Below are positions 59,301 through 64,000 of a DNA stretch of 64,000 nucleotides, in pieces. Origin of the DNA: Candidatus Multivoradales bacterium (GTDB lineage: Bacteria; Acidobacteriota; Thermoanaerobaculia; Multivoradales; JAHEKO01). Under the pieces are notes generated by a model. It was not told the origin of the DNA. It worked only from the letters and a program-made list of their open reading frames with translations, and did no database searches. The stretch lies in assembly GCA_965223155.1 (NCBI GenBank), contig CBDCVR010000013.1, forward strand, positions 128,001 through 192,000, in the 5' to 3' direction. Positions within the stretch are counted from its first letter, which is position 1, and each line of letters begins with the position of its first letter. Both the position numbers and the translations under genes were made by a program.

Positions 59301-61836
59301 CCGAGTGACCGCGGCAGACAGCGTGCCCTCGCCCCAGACGGCCAACAACACGACCCCTGCCGGAGGGACGGGGTCCTCTGGAGGCGACGGCTTTGCCTTC
59401 GCCTACGACGCGGCCGAGAACCTCCTGTCCCGCTCGCGCTCGACCGGCCTCGGCACCGAGACCTCGGCCCTGCCGCTCGACGGCTCGGGCCGGAACCGCC
59501 CCGGTGAGGCGGACGGCCAGTCCCTGACCTACGACGCCAACGGGAACCTCGTCCAGAAGGGCAACCAGCGCTTTCACTACGACTACCGGAACCGCATCGC
59601 CCGGGTGAGCGACGCGACCACCGGCGCCACGGTCGCCACCTACCTCTACGACAACTTCAACCGGCGTCTGGCGAAGACCGTCGAGACGGCGGAGGGCCCC
59701 AAGACCACCGAGACCGTCTGGGGCGGCTGGCAGAACCTGGAAGAGTATGTCTCTGCCGCGGGTGGAGGCCAGCGGCTTGCCTCCCGGCGCACCTACGGGA
59801 TGGGCCTCGACGAGATTGTCCGCCAGGAGACGGACGTCGACGGCGACGGCACCCTCGAGACCGTGACCGTGCCGGTCTACGACTCGACCGGCAACCTGGT
59901 GCTTGCGACCGGGCCGGACGGCCGCACCCTGGAGCGCTACGAGTACACCCCGTACGGCGGCCGCACGATCTTTACCGACTTGACCGGTCCGCGCCTCGAA
60001 CAGCTCCGCGCGGTTGGGAGCACAGGCGGCGGCGAGCTCTGGCTCGAGCTCTCCGAGGCGGCGTTACCGGTTCCACTCGAAGCGGCCGCAACCGCGGGTA
60101 CACTTGCCGTCAGCGTGGACGGTACCGTCGAGACCCTGACCGTGAGCCAGCCGGTCCTGACCGGCCGGGAGGCGCGAAGACGCGTGGTGCTGGCGCTCGA
60201 GACGACCCCGGTTGCCGGTGCTGCCATCGAGGTGACGATCCCGGCCGAAGCCCTGGTGGATGAGTCCGGCAACGAGGCCACTACCGACATCACCCAGAGC
60301 TTCACCTGGCCGGGAGCCGGCGCTGGTAGCGCGACCTCGGTCATCCTCGATGACACCGACCCACGCGTGGGCATCGTCTCGACCTACCGGGATGGCAGCC
60401 CGGTTCTGACCGTGCAACTCTCCGAAGAAGCGGACCTGGCGGCTGCCGGTACGGCCATCACGCTTAACGGCGCCCCGACCTCCTGGACCCTGGAAGCCGA
60501 CCGCTACACCCTGACCTCGACCGATAGCCTCCCAGCCGGCACCCACACCCTGGCCGTCTCGACGGCGGCCCTCGACCTCGCCGGCCGCGGCCTCACCGAG
60601 CCCCTGGAGCTCACCTTCTCCGTGACCGCGAATCCGTCCGGCGCCGGCTGCGCCCCAGGCACGATTTGCACCTCCGCCAACACCCCCTTCCTCTACGAAG
60701 GCCCCAAGGCGAACCAGGTCGCGACCTCGACAGTAGGCAACTCCTACAGCTTCCACGGAAGACCGGTGGACCCCGAGACCGGCCTCGTCTACATCCGGAA
60801 CCGCTACTACGACCCGGAGATGGGGCGGTTTATCTCGGACGACCCGCACCTCTACAGCAACGGGCCGAACACCGGGCAGTTTGCGCTCAACAGCCCGTTC
60901 GTTCTGGGCGATGCGATGGGGACGGCAGTCCACGGGTATGCGACGGCGCGGCTAACCCGAGGTCGGGCCCATGCCGGTTACGTGCACTTCGATCCGGTAG
61001 ACCCGACGACATTTGTGCCCCAGGACTCGGCTTCGCAGGGATACGCTCCATTTCGGTCGATGATGGCAGGCGTGATGGCAGGCAAGAGCCGCCTGGTGAC
61101 GTTTGTCCATGGCTACAACGTCGAGGAAGGCGGGCAGAAAGGATTCCGGGACGCCTTGACCCATCTTGACGACGGGTTCACAGGGGCGAAAGTTCCGCAG
61201 GATCTCTACGGCTTCACCTGGAAAGGTGATCCGCTCGGGCGTCCGGCTTCGATGCCGTTTTTCTGGTGGTCGGAAGGCAATGCCGATCTGGCGGGCTATG
61301 CCTTTGGCAGGTACCTGACGCACACGCGCCAGGCCGCGGGGGCCGGTCCGGACCTCTTTGCGATCACGCACAGCTTGGGAGCGCGGGTCGCGCTTCGCGG
61401 GCTGCAATTCCTCTCGACGCTGCGTAAGGGTGCGGGCAATGCGTACTCCCACCAGAACCTGGATGGATTGTTCATGCTGAATGCCGCAGTGACGAGGGGC
61501 TCGATCCTTCCAGGAGGCTTCTTGGAGAGCGCACTGGGGAACGTGAATGCGGTCGGCAACTTCCACAGTCGCAAGGACCCGGTGCTGGCCAGGGCCTTCC
61601 GAATCGCCAAGTTGGGGCGCAGGGCGCTGGGATCGGGTGCGATTAGGGAGGTTTTGCTGCGCGGCGGGGTTACGAACCTCAGAGACTTCGACATGCTGGA
61701 CCCGAACGTCGCGGGTTCGCCAGTGACGACCCATGGCGATCATCTCCACCCTCGGCTGTGGGCGGCCGCGGGGGTGGATCACAGTGAGTTGTTCCGGACG
61801 CTCAAGGGTGCGATGGATGGTGTTTCCAGGAACTAG
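44338..61836 (+). CDS. Giant Ig-repeat / Rhs (YD-repeat) polymorphic toxin-like protein with C-terminal alpha/beta hydrolase
   Basis: Signal peptide; many ATDxAGN Ig units; DUF6531-like FTRTYRS..LGPGW; YD repeats; DPETGLVYIRNRYYDPEMGRFISDDP core; tip with FVHGYN and THSLG. Confidence 0.9.
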   Translation: MISFPYRRLGPASATQTWAGWTLRPLVVLAAVGAWLGLCAGGASAEFVLSEPASTVYDEWVALAGDDVRIHQPALVIGDTHANDEIHVLLEATVDGNASAVDGINNDGTITGSVDPAAGLVSLPALTLDEAAARALADRIVEGSVTYGDDQVVDDVLFVDGDVRFRQGLNGRGTVIATGEIRVDQAGQGEAPLEASTALSLVAYQDIRIDKERALRGVLYSLEDIEIEQAVDFEGVLVASGRITIKKDARVTFLTRGGSDTDPPVISILESGAPLLDGALYNRAVVPVIQIDDESSFEATILLDGQPFVSGTSVETEGVHILSVTATDVAGNSAAATVSFEIDLTPPVFVSVTPADGTITNQASVSLTGVVEGADSLAIDGVAVALAGEAFTAGPYSLAEGDNVFALVAADAAGNETELTLTLILDTTPPAVTIASPADGALLGSSPVTVNGTAADPHLDEVRVNGILSVLAGTGYSADGVALAEGSNTLSATATDLAGNSGQAQVTVTLDTSAPVLTITNGGAPLADGYLTASTVVPVIEATDATAVTISATLNGAGFASGTPISASGVYLLAATATDAVGNTSSASVTFEIDGEPPAVTIDTPTASVVASSPVTVSGTAVDSNLATVEVNGVGASVSGSSYSAADVSLVEGSNVVTATATDLVGNVGQATRTIVLDSQAPLISILHAGLPLADGLLTNQPVTPEVAVDDATAVDVSSTLNGSSFVSGTTVTAEGAYTLLVTATDEAGNTASASVTFTLDLTPPVFLSVLPANGTVTGSAGVAITGEVEGADLVAIDGVAASLSGQAFSGAPLTLAEGSNTFLLRAEDTAGNVTEVVHAIELDSTPPAVTIDAPSALVVGTSPVVVSGTAVDVHLAGVSVNGVAAAVGGAGYSLAGVALDEGANTLVVVATDTVGNAGQAEKIVTLDSIPPEIRITDGGAPLSDGLLTNQTVTPVIVVTDATATTTTATLNGTSFASGSPVLAEGGYVLSVTATDEAGNTSSVTLAFEIDLTPPAFLAIQPSDGSLLGTSEVTLTGEVEGAETVTVDGAAASLTGTSFSAGPLALIEGDNVLTLAAEDAAGNRTEQPHHLESDTTPPTLTIATPGDGDVVAATPVPVTGNAEDANLTSVTVNGLAATLGAGTFSRSGVPLTEGANTLEAEAIDAAGNTTSISIGVTLDTVPPEIVILESGTVLADGSLFRRTVTPDVEVTDATATTVEATLNGQPFGAGDEVAREGVFQLDVTAIDAAGNTSTVAVGFEIDLTPPRFLSFDPPAGSVVGASPVAIQGVVEGATSLVLDGAAVPLSGESFTTAALDLVEGSNTFAFVAADYAGNTAEETLTLILDTTPPVVSIEAPDAGALLGSSAVDVSGTVQEERLAAVTVNGIGTALAGDAFTALQVPLAEGQNTLTAVGTDAAGNTGSAAIVVTVDTQPPVIQITDPAAGTVTAADLVLVSGTAADPHLDRVEINGVPALLTGTDWTLEVAIVEGANELVARAFDALGHSAQDSLIVTRDSTAPAVEIEFPEEGALFRESPQPVSGSVDDEPGLTLTINGLAVEPVGGAFAAPEVPLIEGENRLIARATDAAGNEGVHARVVYLDTVPPELESSDPASGALAIAPETPFRLDFTEELAPLASVPAGELLLRSEGAALAFSIDELGGRLVVRPDLPLASGSTVELEVTSALTDLAGNPLANPQTLTFTVADVAAPPAPVVDPLPLVVCSSSATLTGVSEAGIRILAETAAETRETVADETGLFSLTITLVPDAGNLITVSARDAAGNRSGSVQVSVRQDCRAPVVVAARRLADEFHADLSEPIDPATAEGAVTLTAGSGALAGTTATSGDGLTLTFTPAAAVPAEPVRLEVSQAVQDLAGNPLAYPFSKLFGGSEEPTFVTGTVIDDATGRPLEGAQVTIVATDGVAGADPLPQQTTSPDGRFSIPLPVGTHTVLTARAGYTPVFRAATTVSGLGHDLFDPRPTPAAAPQVLGAGGGTFAGGDGLSMSVPAGALTGDAEVRVTALSEQGVPALLPYGWTPRGAAWVDFGGVVPVAPATVTLPVESADGVLLAVAALDAATLQWRTLRLEAVADGAVQFAVTGDGGFAAVEADAGSLAPPPAEPGLVLGSAAAPVATDVAGAALAFSPEIVLPAQTSLATTVYTLDAEVPSGLPLTLFVREELELLDGSSRVEAPYEADLVVYRDPQGGARSRFRLRPSRAARTLPIQLGHDDVSVRLFAGETVRGNVLGPAGGVVTNDEGDTVSVPAGAFDEPTAVVLSRAAAEALPLPLPVPGTVHGILELDLAGAVLPATADLSFATDPAPAAGSTALLLQAIDLEAFGALTQSSAFRAVAELEATAGGWATRAIDPADLDWPGVRSGGLYLAYSPPGDGGYFRGTVYDVGGGNIVADALVSGAGLDWVQLSGPAGSYVLPAPVLAEPETLEVAAEDLGTGSRVALPAAIRAAAERVDLDLTLAVVAPAVLAIAPADGTTGVPAGIEPTVSFSEPVDPASLAAGIRLLEGGTPVDLSFAVEGSLVRVLPAATLMPGTGYELQVGTAVTDLQGFPLVAPASASFTTLEVLVNEDVDLTRILLIEPDAAGMARVVAGPGAVPAGALVFVENTTALVDTPSLEAATDGSFETEIQAELTDRLLLHVLIEGSNELILWLTPFRTSDLKGAYVGPEAVRYVTGDGIIVTVEEGTFDEPAEVRVEPVPVENATAPAPRDFAIVAGLHVDFGGARAKKGLRVSLPAPEDAPDAIYLLSRVIRIFEGKRWQMDDIVRLEDGRLTTEDPPEEGEQQASGLGDAATRMAARTGPPIGSPAAARPTYAQPPRYFDLMIRPASHEPDPPIPHEALPGMWSPSTGRDYFINLPSAALDFTLVPTFGAVSFSILPDWDYAAMIAGGVRGLVEGMLAIPHRRGEPFQMEVRDLATGYLLFSDTFDSPPDPGELQELQPDLTLGDSKAPSVVSASSPIALVPLSVGQPDGLVRPGIQVESGSADPSAPVGSQKLTVTGAPGAAQAEVRVRLVRLGGGEAALTTTGGDGSFALSVTGQVGEGFILAIGATVLNDASFEIEFTEAMSDDLSAIRVLGAGDVDAAAKVDPVGTRERVQVRPSTGWRAGERYKLVLGPGLADTAGNAWNTTVEVDFAVEQARQLGGYQHDWVQSTARVGNLLFLAGGDLTIVDASDPAQLVDYIPGGHPLRTPGLTRGIAVDPHRRLVIASGGDGLRVGFLHIIDPLEIDPARDGADPQGFSTAVRGTPRVYHPAVKGGTVVSNSSGLFSSVPDGQPRRLDILSNDDVDEWVLGEQAPAGVTVSFDPAADGTGTATIVGLGGSPGLPVTLEDVQFGRWDRVDAGLDGSFTLAVSARSGSLLRLLKNRQSIAYVAISGGGVGVVDVNGFYNEDPENDNNDSQLLNTFDGRGAGITFCNEIAPDTTRASNVVVMSEPDNHVPLAIPSSITSHGVMILSAPPSAPSAVQPLARTICGGDGDGLLDRIAVGLEALIDFPFDLNGNGRFDPAEKERDYLVVGHLRGKVTVWDVTERSAPAQVASFSIPGGAIQVAVDRASRRIYAAGYGGGVWVFDLGLAPVNGLVDADGDGLDDRILEQIEGDGNTKNVLLLPDLGLIYMSGLGRDARGATVSRPLLAAVAADGAGGFRRIERLAPYGVPTVEDGVAPDLVERTGTFRLLATFPNYPADELKLDVTSLGPGGVPIAGAGDPEAVAGLPAVALAGDDGVVLTRQSANPIEEAYNVFLSEEIKVVADLRAARDYQLTDVEREICTRCEPEAEGEVSDTARELLSGHRVAVRIPDTVRAALSAIYSDARLDASELELASVPWELSPAARQEPTLNPSYGRGEAAPGTLLHSGEVSHAVTDLAVRSRGLDFAFTRTYRSQTVGSGPLGPGWDHGYRKRLRELPNGDVEYFDGRGRRELFTRNAAGDGDGASEFDPAPGRFAELKRTATGWLLIDARRNIATFDRFGRLEKLADPAKESETTGNEMAFEYDAASNLIRIVDTLGREYLFDYDAAGRLISITDFDGREVRYEYDGPTGSTGSGARLIRVSSPEISVGEAPLGRLVTECVYESPAGGGLAVNLNARDNMTALIDARGTSWLEHSYQDEDGDGRSDEVAGQIWGGESLSLDYAFASAGSSAGTVTTVTDRRGNPSTTTHDADGHATSHTDQASHTWTTEYDSEGLVTLEAQPLGRTTEYLYDTDTGLRSRGNAVRITVTPDGRGANGATPSLVTTVEYDLPTNQPVEIVDPRGSVTEITRALTGLPSRVTRASGATEASTTEYAYNDYGQVTRATNPNGNVTEYSYFASGPSLGYLQQTVTAPGVLDLATRYTTDARGNVTAVTDPRGVRHTTVYNELDWRVASTQAASGASSTPALGYTSSYLYDANGNLVTERQPFGETGSAATETRYTYGALSELVTTTREIEAGGAVTVERRAYDANYNLESVIHPEGNETRNVYGPRNLLLSTTRGFGSPEAVVDSYVYNADRERTAYTNGRLQSFATEYDGYGRVARVVDPLGNATVSKYDANGNVVESEHYDPAGTLLAESAGEYDLLNRKTASLEALFDAGDPTTEGILRSETVYDAASNVRQTTDALGRTTVSRYDEAERLVETIDPAGNRLVRTLDANGNATLTESVETTPDGGTVTVPYQTAYDALNRPVSRTDALGNVTRTAYDARSNAIRQTDAEGHVTASFYDGLDRRIRAVRPEGISIESAFDGNSRLTRYRDARGNETSWTYDALDRKATTTYPDQTSESYAYDGAGNVTQVADANGSTVTQTYDAANRLTARSVAAGPGIEGITTETYGYDGLSRVVTSESPAAVTSFAYDSLSRMTSESRAVGGGSGSTAKIVSYAHDRVGSVTRATYPSGHEAARTFDPLDRPLGVQAGTAGAGSQAVSYGYRGPDLVQTKALGNGVAGEMAFDGAKRVVGTSYSRPGSSGSSGSSGGSGTAFSETIAWSPRHLKVETTRADLGGRGLLLAYDGAGRVTAADSVPSPQTANNTTPAGGTGSSGGDGFAFAYDAAENLLSRSRSTGLGTETSALPLDGSGRNRPGEADGQSLTYDANGNLVQKGNQRFHYDYRNRIARVSDATTGATVATYLYDNFNRRLAKTVETAEGPKTTETVWGGWQNLEEYVSAAGGGQRLASRRTYGMGLDEIVRQETDVDGDGTLETVTVPVYDSTGNLVLATGPDGRTLERYEYTPYGGRTIFTDLTGPRLEQLRAVGSTGGGELWLELSEAALPVPLEAAATAGTLAVSVDGTVETLTVSQPVLTGREARRRVVLALETTPVAGAAIEVTIPAEALVDESGNEATTDITQSFTWPGAGAGSATSVILDDTDPRVGIVSTYRDGSPVLTVQLSEEADLAAAGTAITLNGAPTSWTLEADRYTLTSTDSLPAGTHTLAVSTAALDLAGRGLTEPLELTFSVTANPSGAGCAPGTICTSANTPFLYEGPKANQVATSTVGNSYSFHGRPVDPETGLVYIRNRYYDPEMGRFISDDPHLYSNGPNTGQFALNSPFVLGDAMGTAVHGYATARLTRGRAHAGYVHFDPVDPTTFVPQDSASQGYAPFRSMMAGVMAGKSRLVTFVHGYNVEEGGQKGFRDALTHLDDGFTGAKVPQDLYGFTWKGDPLGRPASMPFFWWSEGNADLAGYAFGRYLTHTRQAAGAGPDLFAITHSLGARVALRGLQFLSTLRKGAGNAYSHQNLDGLFMLNAAVTRGSILPGGFLESALGNVNAVGNFHSRKDPVLARAFRIAKLGRRALGSGAIREVLLRGGVTNLRDFDMLDPNVAGSPVTTHGDHLHPRLWAAAGVDHSELFRTLKGAMDGVSRN

Positions 61837-61851
61837 GCAGGGTTAGGGTCG

Positions 61852-63015
61852 ATGAGGATACGTTTTGTAGCGTTACTCTTTGTGGTTGGAGGATGTACTT
61901 CAGTGGCCATGGGTTCCGACCCGTACGGTCCATCTGCTGTGAACTACCTGGATGTCTCGAGTGACGGGAAGTACGTTGCCGGGGTTCGGCAGGACGGGGA
62001 GATTCTAGTCGTCGACCTAGCGAAACGAAAGGTCGTGGAGCGTCTCGTCCGCGGGCACATGCCGGGTTTCCCTGGTCCGCCGAAGGCAAGCTTTGTAGCG
62101 TTTCGCGGAGAGGGGGGGCGGTTCCTATGGGACTGCCGGAATGGGAGTGTCTGCGAGACGGACCTTGAGACCGGCAAGCAGGAATTTCTGGTCGACCATG
62201 ACCCCCAAGATACTGTCAGGGTGGCTGCGGTTTCAGCAGATGGGAAACGGATGGTTTTTGGTACTGCCGGTGGGAGGCTATTTAGCTACGATGCGGTAAC
62301 GAAACGGCAAAGCACACTCAAGCCCAGAGACATCTGGAGCCGAGTAGTGTCTCCTATGTACACCCTTGAGAGTAATAGCGAGCTTCAGTTTCTGGTCTCA
62401 GCAACGGCTCGGATAGGCGCATCGGTGCGTTACGAGACCGATGCCCGTACGAAGCACTATCCCGAGGGATATATCGATGTTCCCAACTATGGGATGGCGG
62501 ACAGCTGGGTCCGCGACGTCCTCTACCGCGGCATCAACATCTGGGACTGGGAGACTGGCGAGCGATTCATGATCGACGACGACTTCTCGGACAAGATTCG
62601 GGCGGACTGGTCCCGGGACGGTCGGCTGGTGGCGATTAACCAACAGGGAGGTAGCTCCTACTTCGTATACGAGGTTGGCGAAGATGGGGTGCGATGGGTT
62701 ACCGATCTTTCGAAGGCTGGCGCTCGTGGTTGTGATGGTATGCGGTTCCTGGATGTTGAGGGGCGGTACCTAGGCGTAGTTAGCTACGGCCACCGATTCA
62801 TGGAGGTTATTGATCGAGCCACTGTCGATGTGAACCAGTACGCTCAGGGGACGGATCTGAAGCTTCGTGAAAAGCCCGCCGGCGGCCGCCGGATGATGGT
62901 CGCTTACCCGGAGAAGGGCTGGGTCTTCCTCGGGCTTCGAAACGGTGGGATCGACTGGTACCAGTTCCAGTCGGAACCCAAGCTCTCGCTTCGGCACATC
63001 GCGACTCTCCGGTAA
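61852..63015 (+). CDS. WD40-like beta-propeller (lipo)protein, candidate immunity protein
   Basis: MRIRFVALLFVVGGC lipoprotein-like signal; SSDGKYV, SADGKRM, IWDWETG, WSRDGRLV blades; 15 nt after the toxin stop; lower GC like the toxin tip. Confidence 0.7.
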   Translation: MRIRFVALLFVVGGCTSVAMGSDPYGPSAVNYLDVSSDGKYVAGVRQDGEILVVDLAKRKVVERLVRGHMPGFPGPPKASFVAFRGEGGRFLWDCRNGSVCETDLETGKQEFLVDHDPQDTVRVAAVSADGKRMVFGTAGGRLFSYDAVTKRQSTLKPRDIWSRVVSPMYTLESNSELQFLVSATARIGASVRYETDARTKHYPEGYIDVPNYGMADSWVRDVLYRGINIWDWETGERFMIDDDFSDKIRADWSRDGRLVAINQQGGSSYFVYEVGEDGVRWVTDLSKAGARGCDGMRFLDVEGRYLGVVSYGHRFMEVIDRATVDVNQYAQGTDLKLREKPAGGRRMMVAYPEKGWVFLGLRNGGIDWYQFQSEPKLSLRHIATLR

Positions 63016-63021
63016 CAATCT

Positions 63022-64000
63022 CGGCCTGTCCCGGGTGGTGACGTCCGAGTCTCCGGCGGCGGTGACGAGCTTTGCGTACGACTCGCTGTCGCGGATGACC
63101 TCGGAGTCGCACGCGGTCGGCGGCGGCTCCGGCTCGACCGCCAAGATCGTCTCCTACGCCCACGACCGGGTGGGTAGTGTCACGCGGGTGGGCTATCCGT
63201 CGGCCCACGAGGCGGCCCGGAGCTTCGATCCGCTGGACCGTCCGCAGGCGGTCCAGGCGGGAGCGGCTGGAGCGGGGAGCCAGGCGGTGGCCTACGGCTA
63301 CCGGGGTCCGGATCTGCTCCAGACCAAGGCCCTGGGCAACGGCGTTGCGGGCGAGATGGCCTTCGACGGGGCGAAGCGAGCGGTGGGCACCTCGTACAGC
63401 CGGCCTGGCTCCAGTGGTTCGAGTGGCTCCAGCGGCGGCTCCGGTACGGCCTTCTCGGAGACGATCGCCTGGAGCCCGCGGCATCTCAAGGTCGAGACCA
63501 CGCGGGCGGACCTGGGCGGGCGGGGGCTCCTCCTGGCCTACGACGGGGCGGGCCGGGTGACCGCGGCAGACAGCGTGCCCTCGCCCCAGACGGCCAACAA
63601 CACGACCCCTGCCGGAGGGACGGGATCCTCTGGAGGCGAGGGCTTCGCCTTCGCCTACGACGCCGCCGAGAACCTGCTGTCCCGCTCGCGCTCGACCGGC
63701 CTCGGCACCGAGACCTCGTCGCTGCCGCTCGATGGCTCGGGCAGGAACCGTCCGGGCGAAGTGGCTGGCACAGCCTTGACCTACGACGCCAACGGCAACC
63801 TCGTCCAGAAGGGCAACCAGCGCTTCCACTACGACTACCGGAACCGCCTGGCCCGGGTGAGCGACGCGGCCACCGGCGCCACGGTCGCCACCTACCTCTA
63901 TGACAACTTCAACCGGCGCCTGGCGAAGACCGTCGAGACGCAGGCCGGTCCCGAGACGACCGAGACCGTCTGGGGCGGCTGGCAGAACCTGGAAGAGTAC
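63022..64000 (+). repeat. Orphan Rhs module: near-identical copy of 58770-59748, running off the window
   Basis: Colinear with constant offset 4252; begins abruptly 6 nt after the stop of the candidate immunity gene; frame open (GLSRVVTSES...WGGWQNLEEY) with no clear RBS. Confidence 0.9.

Overview
High-GC bacterial chromosomal window; gene content resembles Acidobacteriota, but taxonomy is only a guess. It has three parts. (1) 1-10.2 kb: housekeeping-type genes: the end of an EAL protein, a beta-propeller sensor kinase, an IS5-family element sitting in the CTAG stop codons shared by two convergent genes, ada, an M16 peptidase and a metallohydrolase. (2) About 10208-30523: a ~20.3 kb integrated, apparently mobilizable and replication-capable element bounded by GGTAGC(C/A)CT. 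It carries a large serine recombinase, RepA with iterons, MobC/relaxase and a BlaI-like repressor with operator-like sites. Predicted excision would give the recombinase a new in-frame C-terminus and place repA directly behind it. The lower-GC cargo includes a coupled operon in which two Septu/PtuAB-like ATPase+HNH pairs enclose three metabolic genes (NspC-like PLP decarboxylase, DUF3326, MfnB-like with a substituted catalytic Lys), next to a small-molecule tailoring cassette. This operon is the best candidate for an undescribed system. (3) 30.8-64 kb: a giant secreted locus with a ~4200-aa adhesin-like protein carrying 1110-bp tandem repeats, a 5832-aa Ig/Rhs protein with an alpha/beta-hydrolase tip, a candidate lipoprotein immunity gene and the start of an orphan Rhs module. 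All family assignments come from motifs recognised by eye; no searches were run.
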